From positions 179,278 to 240,707 of the forward strand of contig QZJF01000017.1 in the NCBI GenBank assembly GCA_003599255.1: DNA of 61,430 bases, in the 5' to 3' direction. A program made the translations under genes and the position numbers. The stretch comes from a candidate division WWE3 bacterium (lineage in GTDB: Bacteria > Patescibacteriota > WWE3 > UBA101185 > UBA10185). A model generated the notes under the pieces. That model did not search any database, had not been told where the DNA came from, and worked only from the letters and a program-made list of their open reading frames with translations. Positions 27,647 through 36,738 of this stretch are shown here, in pieces. The first letter of the stretch is position 1, and the number at the start of each line of letters is the position of its first letter.

Positions 27647-28093
27647 TTATTTCTTGATGGTTAACGTCCAGCGGGACGGATCGTATCGGATACGAATTCC
27701 GTCGAGGTCAGAGGTCATCTCGCAGTATAAGCCGGGCATCAGTTGCTCAAGGCTGCTGAAGCATGGGTAAACTGCCAATAGGCCCTCTTTTGTCGTGCCG
27801 GTTTCTCCGAGAAACAGCAGGGAATTGATACTCCCGTCGAACTCGGTGCCGAGACGGATTTTTGTGACGTTTGCTACCGCAGGCGCGGTGCCTTTGGTGT
27901 CAACGTAACTGCCGGGTTCCAAGGTTACTTCTTTGTATCCTTCGAACTGCGCGGCTTCCTGTTCCAGGCGGGACTGAGCTGCGGCGATTTCTTCGGCTTT
28001 CTTTTGCTGACCCAACTGGTAGTCTTTATACCAGAGAAAGCTGGCAGCTCCCGCCACCACAACAAACAACGCGATCCACAACCACTTTTTCAT
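27647..28093 (-). CDS. Hypothetical membrane-anchored protein in a locally GC-rich gene
   Basis: ATG 28093 is preceded by GGAGG with an 8-nt spacer (the track start TTG 28108 overlaps that RBS). There is an N-terminal TM helix, WLWIALFVVVAGAASFLW. Two hand-counted 60-nt lines gave 31-32 G+C. Confidence 0.55.
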   Translation of the reverse strand: MKKWLWIALFVVVAGAASFLWYKDYQLGQQKKAEEIAAAQSRLEQEAAQFEGYKEVTLEPGSYVDTKGTAPAVANVTKIRLGTEFDGSINSLLFLGETGTTKEGLLAVYPCFSSLEQLMPGLYCEMTSDLDGIRIRYDPSRWTLTIKK

Positions 28094-28169
28094 TGTACAT
28101 TCCTCCAATCTGAGTTTGGTTTTCCCGACATTGTCGGATGGTTAAAAGCTTGCGCAATTATAAACCAAA

Positions 28170-28802
28170 ATGACCTATAAAACAAATACTATAAGACGGA
28201 TTTATCGGTGTGTTACTATATATTTAATGTCCTTTTTGAACGGTATTATCCATCAGAGTTTTAGAAGAAAAATAGTTCTTCTTGTCATACCTCTTATTAC
28301 AGCCATTGTGCTTGTGTTTGTTAGTTTAGACTCCTCTGCCTCCGATACCACTGTATTATCCAATAACTCTACGCGTAGCGATTGGGGGTACAAAGTTACA
28401 AGAGTGGTGGATGGTGACACTTTGGAAGTGGAAATTGACGGTTCCATGCAGAAGGTTCGACTGATAGGTGTCGACACACCGGAAACCAGCGATCCCAGGA
28501 AAGAGGTTGAGTGTTTTGGCAAAGAATCCTCAAGCAAAACAAGAGAATTAGTTGAGGGAAAATTTGTCAGACTAGAGCAAGATGAAACCCAAAACGACAA
28601 AGACAGGTACGGTAGACTCTTGAGGTATGTTTATATGGAAGAATCAGTGAACCTAAACCTTTATTTACTGCAAAACGGTTACGCGTACGAGTATACGTAT
28701 GAGAAGCCTTATAAATTCCAGGAAGAATTTAAACATGCTGAAACCAATGCCAGGGAAAAAGAGTTGGGCTTATGGGATCCTTTAACTTGTCCGGTTCAAT
28801 AA
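28170..28802 (+). CDS. Thermonuclease (staphylococcal nuclease, SNase-like), membrane-anchored or secreted
   Basis: VVDGDTLEV...VRLIGVDTPE...RYGRLLRYVY...LLQNGYAYEY are classic SNase motifs. There is an N-terminal TM helix. The true start may be an internal Met. Confidence 0.8.
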   Translation: MTYKTNTIRRIYRCVTIYLMSFLNGIIHQSFRRKIVLLVIPLITAIVLVFVSLDSSASDTTVLSNNSTRSDWGYKVTRVVDGDTLEVEIDGSMQKVRLIGVDTPETSDPRKEVECFGKESSSKTRELVEGKFVRLEQDETQNDKDRYGRLLRYVYMEESVNLNLYLLQNGYAYEYTYEKPYKFQEEFKHAETNAREKELGLWDPLTCPVQ

Positions 28803-28803
28803 T

Positions 28804-29277
28804 TTACAGTGCACTTTCTAAGATTTTATCAATTTTTGTTCTGAGCTCCTTAAAGATTGCATCCGTTCGTTTCATAATCTCAATATCCGCTTCATACTTT
28901 TCCTTATACATTGCGTGTATTTCGGAAGGAAATACATCGTCTATGTCCAGTATTAAATAATTTTCGGGCTGAATATTAAACTCTTTTTTGCAGTACTGAA
29001 GATGCATGTCTTTCATAAAAACTACTAGATCAGATTTTTCAACGTCGTTCCTTGTTGTTTTTTTCCAGTTAGGGGACATGAAGCTTATAAGTCTGTTGTC
29101 ATGAAGAATACGTAACGTGTACCAGGCAGCCGGTCCATACGAATTATGTTGAGCGTCAGTTCCGCTGGAACTTACTTCAACATTACTAATATTTTTTTCT
29201 TTGAGTCTGGATCTTAAATAGGCCTCAGCTAGCCTACTCCTAAATGTATTGCCGGAACAGACAAAATGAATCTTCAT
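28804..29277 (-). CDS. Low-molecular-weight phosphotyrosine phosphatase / ArsC-like
   Basis: N-terminal IHFVCSGNTFRS (CX5R-S P-loop), 157 aa. Confidence 0.75.
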   Translation of the reverse strand: MKIHFVCSGNTFRSRLAEAYLRSRLKEKNISNVEVSSSGTDAQHNSYGPAAWYTLRILHDNRLISFMSPNWKKTTRNDVEKSDLVVFMKDMHLQYCKKEFNIQPENYLILDIDDVFPSEIHAMYKEKYEADIEIMKRTDAIFKELRTKIDKILESAL

Positions 29278-29292
29278 AGTGGTACATTACTT

Positions 29293-30270
29293 TTACCACG
29301 ATTTTCGTCCGGTTGCGAACATAGCGGTTTTTAAACCTTTTTCCCATTCTTTTATTGTATTAATTACGGTTTCAGGTGAATCCAAGGCGGGTTCCAAAAA
29401 TGGCAGCGCGGCAGAATAATAGTCAGCCCCCAGAACCCTAGCCTTAAGTCCATGCACCGGGCTGCGTATTCCTCCGCTGGCCACTATTTTAATTTTGTCT
29501 TTATATTCACAGGCATATGCCAGGGATTCCTCTGTTGATATTCCGAAAGATTTAAACCATTCAGAAAGATTAGGGCTGTTTCTTCTCTGTGCTTCTATCC
29601 AAGCCCAAGATGTTCCGTTGGCACCGGCGACGTCGATGGCAAAGATGCCAATTTCGACTAATTTGCTGATAGATTCTTTATCAATTCCGTGTCCTACTTC
29701 TTTAACAAATACAGGGACTCCAATTTCTTTAACAAGATTTTCTATTTTATCCAGAAGTCCTTGAAAGTTTGTATCTCCCTCCGGCTGAATTGCTTCCTGC
29801 AGTGGGTTCAAGTGCAGGTAAAGTGCATTGGCCTCTACCATTTCCACTACAGCTTTGTAGTCATCTATAGACTTCCCATAATTAAGCTGTATCGCACCCA
29901 TATTGGCGAAAATCACTGCATTGGGCGCATGTTTCCGCACCAGTTTAAAAGAATTTCGCGCATCCTCAAGTTCCAATGCTATTCTTTGAGAACCTACGCC
30001 CATGGCAATGCCTGTTTCTTCAACTCCAATTGCCAGATTTGTATTTATTTTACCTGCGTGTGAGGTGCCTCCCGTCATGGACGCAATTATCAGAGGTTGT
30101 GTGATTTTTTGGGTAAGGAGGTTAGTAGATGTATCTACGGAGCTAAGGTCTAACTCAGGGAGAGCCTTGTAGTCAAGCTTTACATTTTCAAAAGGTTCCT
30201 TACCGATTTGTGATTGCGGATCTTTGGCCAGATTAATATGTTGAATCTTTCTGTTTTCGATTTCAGACAC
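29293..30270 (-). CDS. fni: Type 2 (FMN-dependent) isopentenyl-diphosphate delta-isomerase
   Basis: ASMTGGT, GVGSQR and ASGGIR motifs, ~325 aa TIM-barrel size. Confidence 0.8.
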   Translation of the reverse strand: MSEIENRKIQHINLAKDPQSQIGKEPFENVKLDYKALPELDLSSVDTSTNLLTQKITQPLIIASMTGGTSHAGKINTNLAIGVEETGIAMGVGSQRIALELEDARNSFKLVRKHAPNAVIFANMGAIQLNYGKSIDDYKAVVEMVEANALYLHLNPLQEAIQPEGDTNFQGLLDKIENLVKEIGVPVFVKEVGHGIDKESISKLVEIGIFAIDVAGANGTSWAWIEAQRRNSPNLSEWFKSFGISTEESLAYACEYKDKIKIVASGGIRSPVHGLKARVLGADYYSAALPFLEPALDSPETVINTIKEWEKGLKTAMFATGRKSW

Positions 30271-30276
30271 AAAGGA

Positions 30277-30930
30277 TTAGAAAGTTACGTAGTAATTAAT
30301 TTTTGCGTTTTCTCTAAGAGTCGTCAAAAGATCCTGCACCGACTGTGTAAGCTTCTGTTGTCTTAGACTTGTTCTAACCTGTTCCTTAAGGGTTTCTTCA
30401 TCTGAGTTCGGAGGTAGAGTTTCTTTGTTTTGTTCCAAGTAGGCTGTTACTTCTTCATCAGATACGTTAACACTGCCCTCAACCATTTTTTCCAATTTCT
30501 TATTCAAAACTATTTCTTCAATAAGTTGTGTTTTTGAAACATTTTGTTGCGCAAGAGCATCCTCCAACGTCATTCCGACTGCAAGTGTACTTTGTTCAAT
30601 GGTGGAAAGCTCATTGTCAATCTCTTCCTGCGAAACGGTAACATTTTTGTTCACTGCTTCCTGTTCGATTAGTTTTTTAGTTACGAGGTTGTCCAAAACG
30701 CTTTTCCCGCCCTGTTTCTCGAGTTCCTTAATAACGGCAATTCTTGTAATAGGCGAGCCGTTAACTGTAGCTGCTACAAAATAACCCCTCAAATAATAAG
30801 CACCTGCGCCGAGTAATGCTGCTAAAACGACAGCTACTAAAACTTTTAAATTGTTCTTTGAAATTTTTGGCAGCGAGATTTTTTTATTCTCTATTTTCTT
30901 GTCCTCTTGTTGTGTCATATCGTCTGACAT
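30277..30930 (-). CDS. SurA N-terminal-domain-like chaperone (no PPIase domain), membrane-anchored
   Basis: TM anchor followed by VATVNGSPITR...LIEQEA... helical repeats, as in PrsA/SurA N-domains. Confidence 0.45.
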   Translation of the reverse strand: MSDDMTQQEDKKIENKKISLPKISKNNLKVLVAVVLAALLGAGAYYLRGYFVAATVNGSPITRIAVIKELEKQGGKSVLDNLVTKKLIEQEAVNKNVTVSQEEIDNELSTIEQSTLAVGMTLEDALAQQNVSKTQLIEEIVLNKKLEKMVEGSVNVSDEEVTAYLEQNKETLPPNSDEETLKEQVRTSLRQQKLTQSVQDLLTTLRENAKINYYVTF

Positions 30931-31003
30931 TATGTCAGTATAACATTAGTTTTTCTTAGATCAAGATCTTGCCCTGAACGACAAACTCGGATAAATTTGT
31001 AAG

Positions 31004-31702
31004 ATGCAAAGTGACGAGAAGTATAAATCCCTGGTCTCGTTCAACAGATTAATATTAGCGGTTCCTCACCCGGACGATGAAACATATTATTCTGCGGGGC
31101 TGATTCAGAGACTTAATAGTCTTGGAAAATTTCTGAAAGTTATAGTTATGACAAAAGGGGAGAATAGTACCCTTCGTTATGGCGTTTTGGAAAACGAGAA
31201 TTTGCCCGATGTACGTGAAAAAGAATTTATGAAAATCATCAGGATTCTAGGGGTTACTCATTATGCTTTGAATAAATTCAAAGACGGTGGCATTGAAAGT
31301 GAGAGTGATAAGGTGTCCAAGTATTTATCTTCGGAAATTGAGGGAATAAAACCAGATGCTGTAGTGACTTACGAACCTTCTGGTGTTTATGGTCATCCTG
31401 ATCATGTGGCTTTAACAAAAATAATTGAGGAATTAAGTAAAATTTATCCCTTTGAAATTATATATTTAACAGTCGGTAGTTCTTATAACACTTTTGAAGA
31501 TGCTGTACACATGGCGAAAGATCCCGATAGTATAAAACCCATTGAACCGGATCTTGTTCTTAAATTGACCTCATTAGAAACGATTAATAAACTGCGCGCC
31601 ATTTTAGCGTACAAATCACAGTTTAAGTTCGATTTAGAATTTGTATGGAAATTGCTCAGAAGAAGACTTCTAACCCGCGAGTTTTTGAAATTAAATGTCT
31701 AA
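31004..31702 (+). CDS. PIG-L/LmbE-family N-acetylglucosaminyl deacetylase
   Basis: VPHPDDE and GHPDH metal-binding motifs. Confidence 0.75.
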   Translation: MQSDEKYKSLVSFNRLILAVPHPDDETYYSAGLIQRLNSLGKFLKVIVMTKGENSTLRYGVLENENLPDVREKEFMKIIRILGVTHYALNKFKDGGIESESDKVSKYLSSEIEGIKPDAVVTYEPSGVYGHPDHVALTKIIEELSKIYPFEIIYLTVGSSYNTFEDAVHMAKDPDSIKPIEPDLVLKLTSLETINKLRAILAYKSQFKFDLEFVWKLLRRRLLTREFLKLNV

Positions 31703-32449
31703 AGAAACGACCAGCATCTTGTGATCCGAACCGTTTCTAAATCGGGAAATAAAACTTTCACTTACACTTACTCCTTTAGGTACCAGTATATGGTCAAGCT
31801 GTTTCATCGGGTACCTGAGCATGTGTGTACTCTGGCCCTTGAATACATTGACAAAGCCATATTCTTCACATAACTTATCAAAAGTTTTGCGCTCGTTAGT
31901 TAAATAATCCGGCTTTCTAAAACCCCTTCCCCAACCGGTTAATATATTGAAAAGTCGACTATCCATAATATTGAAATCACCGCAGAGTATGTTGATCTTA
32001 GTTTTGTCTAATGTTTTGAGAATATTTTCAAATTGTTCGAGTCTGTCGCAAGTCCCGATCGCGCAAGAAAGTCTTGCGTTGATTACTACAATATTACTTT
32101 CCTGAAATTCTGTTAAAACAGCTTTATGAAGTTCGGTAGTTTTTCTGAGTTTTTTGTAAATTAATGTATCCATAAGAGTTGAATAACCCTTTTCGAAATA
32201 TGAGATTTCCGTGCTTCTAACCGGAGATTTTTTACTTAAAGTACATATTGTAGCTCCCGCATGTGGGGACTCAGTAACAAAGTCATAAGTGTACTCAACA
32301 TGATATTCTCCCTCGTCGCGTATTTGTTCCGCGAAACTTTCCGGAAGTTCCTGCAGGCATACCACGTCGGGATCCTGTTTATAGATAAAATCAAGCAATC
32401 TCCGCAGTTTTTTATTTACATTCAAAACATTCCAACTTATAAATTTCAT
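31691..32449 (-). CDS. Endonuclease/exonuclease/phosphatase (EEP) family protein
   Basis: ISWNV...VCLQE at the N-terminus, GDFN, and C-terminal SDHKML, the typical EEP catalytic pattern. Confidence 0.7.
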   Translation of the reverse strand: MKFISWNVLNVNKKLRRLLDFIYKQDPDVVCLQELPESFAEQIRDEGEYHVEYTYDFVTESPHAGATICTLSKKSPVRSTEISYFEKGYSTLMDTLIYKKLRKTTELHKAVLTEFQESNIVVINARLSCAIGTCDRLEQFENILKTLDKTKINILCGDFNIMDSRLFNILTGWGRGFRKPDYLTNERKTFDKLCEEYGFVNVFKGQSTHMLRYPMKQLDHILVPKGVSVSESFISRFRNGSDHKMLVVSLDI

Positions 32450-32455
32450 AAGATT

Positions 32456-33001
32456 TTAAATGGGGGTTTCATTAAGCCTAAAGATATAGCCCAGGAATTT
32501 ACTGAGTATATGCAAAAGTAACCCACAAATTAGCGAAACAACAACTATAGTAATCGAAAATCGGAAAAAAGGAAATGTTAATGCTATCGTTCCCACAATC
32601 CAATCGGTTTGATCGAAAGGGAACCACATTTTTCCGGGGAGTATGTTTACCTGACGCTTTGCAAAACTTTTTGCCGCGTCCCCCAGCAAAGCTCCTGCAC
32701 CTGCCATTAAACCCAAAAGTATCCCCGCTTCAGAATAATCTGTAAGGGATATGCTTCGAATATACTCTGAGTTAATGTAAAGATACCTTTGCAGATATAC
32801 AGTTGCAATGGAGGCTAATACGCCTGTTACAAATCCTCGCATGGTTTTATGTTCGCCGAAGACGCGCTTATTTTTGAAAGTCAAATAAAAGTCCATCGGA
32901 AAGTTCAAACCAGGAAATAACTTGGCCGCCCCAACCGGGGTCATGTTTGCCACACCTGCCGGGAGTAAGAACCATAAAGCCTGAATTAATATAGTAAACA
33001 T
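32456..33001 (-). CDS. carS: CDP-archaeol synthase (CarS, DUF46)-like CTP-transferase
   Basis: 181 aa with five TM helices. LLPAGVANMTPV, KTMRGFVTGV, LGDAAKSFAKRQ and FDQTD match my recollection of A. fulgidus CarS (LLPCYTPN, KTWRGFVGGV, FGDLCGSFIKRR, VDQLM). Confidence 0.6.
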   Translation of the reverse strand: MFTILIQALWFLLPAGVANMTPVGAAKLFPGLNFPMDFYLTFKNKRVFGEHKTMRGFVTGVLASIATVYLQRYLYINSEYIRSISLTDYSEAGILLGLMAGAGALLGDAAKSFAKRQVNILPGKMWFPFDQTDWIVGTIALTFPFFRFSITIVVVSLICGLLLHILSKFLGYIFRLNETPI

Positions 33002-33004
33002 AGA

Positions 33005-33574
33005 TCAGGTCTTAATTTTGAAAACTGATACTGTCTCTAAGTTTACATTACCACGTGTTTTAATAAATATTGCTATCTGTTCCAATGCCATAGCTGTTCC
33101 GGAAATTGCTGAAAGAAACAGTAATGTTTTTATTTCATATCCGACGGATGCCAGCAAAAGATAAGAAGTAAAGCACAGCCCAAAAAACTTATTTGTATAA
33201 AGATGTAGTATGATGAGCCGTTTACTGATTACATAGCTTACAAACCATGATAAAAACAACATCCCAAAGGGGATTACCCATAGCCAAACATTATCCGTAA
33301 ACAACTCCGGCTTTATCAAAAAGAATCCTGAAAATCCCACAACATCAATAATTATATCGGCATACGAGTCAAGTTTGGATCCCAGTTCCGATACCCAGTT
33401 GTACTTACGTGCCAGATATCCGTCTACGCTATCAAGAAGACGGGCGGCAAGATAAAAAAAGGCAAAGTGAAAGCTATTCCCGTTTGCAATCAAGAAGATC
33501 ATTGGGAAGATAAGGAGGAGGCGGAAGATTGTAATTGCGTTTGGAATATGCTTTAAATATTTTTCGTTTGACAT
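33005..33574 (-). CDS. CDP-alcohol phosphatidyltransferase
   Basis: DSVDGYLARKYNWVSELGSKLDSYADIIID matches the DGx2ARx8Gx3Dx3D signature. Multi-pass membrane protein. Confidence 0.8.
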   Translation of the reverse strand: MSNEKYLKHIPNAITIFRLLLIFPMIFLIANGNSFHFAFFYLAARLLDSVDGYLARKYNWVSELGSKLDSYADIIIDVVGFSGFFLIKPELFTDNVWLWVIPFGMLFLSWFVSYVISKRLIILHLYTNKFFGLCFTSYLLLASVGYEIKTLLFLSAISGTAMALEQIAIFIKTRGNVNLETVSVFKIKT

Positions 33575-33583
33575 TTTAATATG

Positions 33584-34603
33584 TCAATTATACCTTGCAT
33601 CCACACACTTGTTATTTTCACACGTTATCTCGTTTTCATACGGCCATCTGTCGCAGTCATATATCGGCAACACCTTATCTTTTTGGTAAAGTTTGATGCT
33701 GGTTTCAATTTGAGTGAGATTTTCGTTTTTGTTTACAAGATTAAAACATTCAAAGGGAAAGCCGTAACTTACAGCTTTGCAGTCTGTGGCCTGTTGGCAA
33801 TAATTAGCTTTTTCAAGTGCGTATTTCAGGTTTTCTACAGTTTTGTCGGTTGCGATTTCCGAGGCCGTTTCTTTTTTCCTGAAGGTGTATTCGCTGTAGG
33901 GGATGACCTCAAAATAATCCTGAGAAGCATCCTGACTCTTTTCGGTGTTTACTACCATGGTGTCTGTTGAAATAACCAGAGAAATGTAGGATTTTCCGAC
34001 ATTGGGAAGTTTAAAATTCTTTTTGTATGTATCCGTAATTTTAAAATAATCTTGCGAACGGGCAATCCTGGTGACATTTTGTTCATACTTCTCATACAAA
34101 CCGGGAATGTTGTAAAAAATAACGTACTGCTCATCATAAGAATCCGGATAGCCGTTAAGCACAGTTAAAATGTCTTCATAAGTGAACTCAATATCCATAA
34201 CCGAGGATGTCCCATATACATAAAGAGTGGTTACTTTATCAAGATTTACTGAATAAATCCTTACCGCAGAGTCAACACCGCCCATGATATCCGTAAATGC
34301 CAAATATTTATTTGAGAACGAAAGACTAATGGAAGGTTCAACATTGCATAGACCTTCATCGTTGCCCAAATCCATAATTCTGGCAATTTTCTTTTTATTA
34401 TCATTTTCATCGAAAATATAAATGTCGCAATTGTCGACTTCGTAATCGGTAATCATTTTATTATTATTGTTAAGCTGGAAGTTTAAAAACCGCAGAGATG
34501 AATTACTGATTCTGGCCGACTCCATCTGATTAAATGCGATGAATGCTGTCAGTAATACTATGAATATAAATAAAAATATCAAAAAAAGTCTTATAGCCTT
34601 CAC
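33584..34603 (-). CDS. Hypothetical secreted or membrane-anchored protein
   Basis: 339 aa with an N-terminal TM helix and a Cys-containing C-terminal region. No family recognised. Confidence 0.5.
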   Translation of the reverse strand: MKAIRLFLIFLFIFIVLLTAFIAFNQMESARISNSSLRFLNFQLNNNNKMITDYEVDNCDIYIFDENDNKKKIARIMDLGNDEGLCNVEPSISLSFSNKYLAFTDIMGGVDSAVRIYSVNLDKVTTLYVYGTSSVMDIEFTYEDILTVLNGYPDSYDEQYVIFYNIPGLYEKYEQNVTRIARSQDYFKITDTYKKNFKLPNVGKSYISLVISTDTMVVNTEKSQDASQDYFEVIPYSEYTFRKKETASEIATDKTVENLKYALEKANYCQQATDCKAVSYGFPFECFNLVNKNENLTQIETSIKLYQKDKVLPIYDCDRWPYENEITCENNKCVDARYN

Positions 34604-34703
34604 GGGTTCATTATAGTAGAAAAACCGACCGGTTCACAGAGGTATGAGTTTTTGTGCTATTATTTTGCCAAATAAGGCGCACGTCAAAAATTGAGAGGAG
34701 AAT

Positions 34704-35204
34704 ATGGAAGTCAAAATTCTAAGACCAAGTTTTGGCCGTTTCCAACTGATTGAGTGGTTCAAGAAACAGAGCGGACAATCAGTTTTAGCTTTTGTCTATA
34801 CCGCTGATAAAGATAGGATCGCAGAAGCTTGTGTACTTCTGGATTTTTACTCCGGTAACGAAGTCTCAATAGTGATTGCTGAGTTTCTTCATGTAATTCA
34901 GCATGATCCTACCCGTCATCGATACCATGTATGGAAAGGACCCGTTGAAGAGCTTTATAACTTTGTACTTTCGGACAAAGAGGAGACGTACGGTCATCTT
35001 TCAGTAAGAAACTTTGTTCGAAAGAATAAGCCGAGGAGTTTCTTTTTACTTAAAGACGCTCTTGTCGAGCTGGATTTTAGGTTTTCAGATGAGATTATGA
35101 CATCGTGGAAAGTGTCGAAGAGACCTTCTCGAAAATTACGATACAATCCCAATGATGACCCTAATCAGCTGAGATTAAACCTAACCTTTACCGGAGCGAA
35201 TTAA
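34704..35204 (+). CDS. Hypothetical protein
   Basis: 166 aa, preceded by GAGAGGAG and followed by its own terminator. Confidence 0.5.
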   Translation: MEVKILRPSFGRFQLIEWFKKQSGQSVLAFVYTADKDRIAEACVLLDFYSGNEVSIVIAEFLHVIQHDPTRHRYHVWKGPVEELYNFVLSDKEETYGHLSVRNFVRKNKPRSFFLLKDALVELDFRFSDEIMTSWKVSKRPSRKLRYNPNDDPNQLRLNLTFTGAN

Positions 35205-35229
35205 TGCCCCTCGCTCCGGGATTTTTTTA
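35191..35229 (+). terminator. Rho-independent terminator
   Basis: A 9-bp stem, CCGGAGCGA (35191-35199) with TCGCTCCGG (35211-35219), then a T7 run (35222-35228). The stem overlaps the stop codon. Confidence 0.7.
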
Positions 35230-35266
35230 TATAGACATAATACTTTTAAAGGTCTAAGATTTTATT

Positions 35267-36418
35267 GTGGCCCAAGATGTAGATCCAAACGCAGACAAGA
35301 TATTACCTGAAATTCCTCCTCTTTCACCTCAGCCAAAACCTATTGATAATGGGGACAGAAATACCACTATAGCTCCTCCGGGGGTTGCCGTGCCGACTCA
35401 GGAAAAAATTCCAATTAAAGTAAAAATGCCCCCCGTAGTTTGGAATGATACGCAGGAAGTTTTAAAAAGTATAAACACAAAGTTAGGTGGGGCCGTGGTC
35501 ACATATTTTACACGAGGCAGCATAGTAAGCGACGATGTCAAATATTTTTATTCCCATTTGAAAACAATCGGTCACCAGGAAAAATTATTTTTTATCATAA
35601 CTTCAAGAGGAGGTGACGGAATGAGTGCCTACAGAATTGCCTCTTTGTTAAAAAAGTTTTGCGACGAGTTGATCATCGTAGTACCTGAAGTTGCCGCCAG
35701 TGCAGCCACCATGCTTAGTCTGGCCGGTGACAAAATCATCATGAGCTCGTTTTCTTATCTTACTGCAGTTGATACCAGTATTGTGCATCCGTTAAATCCG
35801 CTTGATGTCGATAAGAAGCCGGTTCGTATTGAGCTTGAGGAAATCAAGAGATCCGTTTCTGCTTTATCAAGTACATTTAAGGCCGATGAGTCTCAAAGCA
35901 AAGTTTATGAAACGATTTTTTCATATTTGCATCCCGCTGCTTTCGGTGCCCTGGAAAGAGCCTCCAATCTTTCAGAAATGTTGTGCAAGGACATTCTGAG
36001 TTTGAGAAAGAATCCTCCTTCAGAAGAAGAAGCAAGTGTTCTGATTAATAAGCTGAACAAGGAGTACCCATCTCATGGATACCCCATTGTTCCCGATAAA
36101 GCCCAAAGTCTGGGGTTGCCCGTGGAACTGGCTGACGAAGAAACAAACAACTTGTTGTGGTCTTTGATCAATTTCTACAGATATATAACAGAGCCTGTAA
36201 GGACCGATTTCAATGATTCCTCATTCCATAGCGAGCAGTATATGAATGTAATAGAATCGGTTGGCAGACGATTGGGCGTTAAAAATGTCCTGGAAAGACG
36301 CCTTGATCCTATAATTAAAAACTGGACGACCTTGAGGAATGATTTTGTTTGGGAAGCACTTTTTGAGAAAGAAGAAAACGGTGAGAAAAAGCTTATTAAG
36401 AGTAATTTAAATTTTTGA
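35267..36418 (+). CDS. SDH-family (serine dehydrogenase proteinase, ClpP/SppA-fold) serine protease
   Basis: FFIITSRGGDG...IIVVPEVAASAATMLSLAGDKIIM parallels the hTPGG...VPhyAMSGGTLIALAADeIvM pattern of Pfam SDH_sah as I recall it. GTG start. Confidence 0.5.
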   Translation: MAQDVDPNADKILPEIPPLSPQPKPIDNGDRNTTIAPPGVAVPTQEKIPIKVKMPPVVWNDTQEVLKSINTKLGGAVVTYFTRGSIVSDDVKYFYSHLKTIGHQEKLFFIITSRGGDGMSAYRIASLLKKFCDELIIVVPEVAASAATMLSLAGDKIIMSSFSYLTAVDTSIVHPLNPLDVDKKPVRIELEEIKRSVSALSSTFKADESQSKVYETIFSYLHPAAFGALERASNLSEMLCKDILSLRKNPPSEEEASVLINKLNKEYPSHGYPIVPDKAQSLGLPVELADEETNNLLWSLINFYRYITEPVRTDFNDSSFHSEQYMNVIESVGRRLGVKNVLERRLDPIIKNWTTLRNDFVWEALFEKEENGEKKLIKSNLNF

Positions 36419-36471
36419 TTATTCCATTCACCCGATTGATATTAATCTCGGTTAAACTATAATAGAAAGTA

Positions 36472-36738
36472 ATGCCCGATAAATCCTTACTATATACAAA
36501 AATAAATCCAAAGAATAAAGCGGAAGAGAAGATGGCGGAAAAGATGGAGGAGCTGTTCTCAAAGTACCTGTTAATTGAAATGACCAAGGAGTTGACCGAA
36601 GAAGATCTTACTAAAGCAGAGAACACCAAGTTTCGTTATCCTTATCAAGTCGCAGAATTTTTAAAAACTCATATTCCTGACTTCAAAAACAAATACGCAA
36701 AATTAGTTGATAAATTTATAGAGGAATATGTCCAATAA
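36472..36738 (+). CDS. Small helical hypothetical protein
   Basis: 88 aa, charged. Its 3' end overlaps the next gene by 11 nt. Confidence 0.4.
   Translation: MPDKSLLYTKINPKNKAEEKMAEKMEELFSKYLLIEMTKELTEEDLTKAENTKFRYPYQVAEFLKTHIPDFKNKYAKLVDKFIEEYVQ

Noticed and set aside
33581-33970. 129-aa plus-strand ORF opposite the 3' part of 33584-34603
   Set aside because: It lies entirely within the longer 339-aa minus-strand ORF, which has a TM anchor and fits the surrounding minus-strand gene array. I see no RBS.
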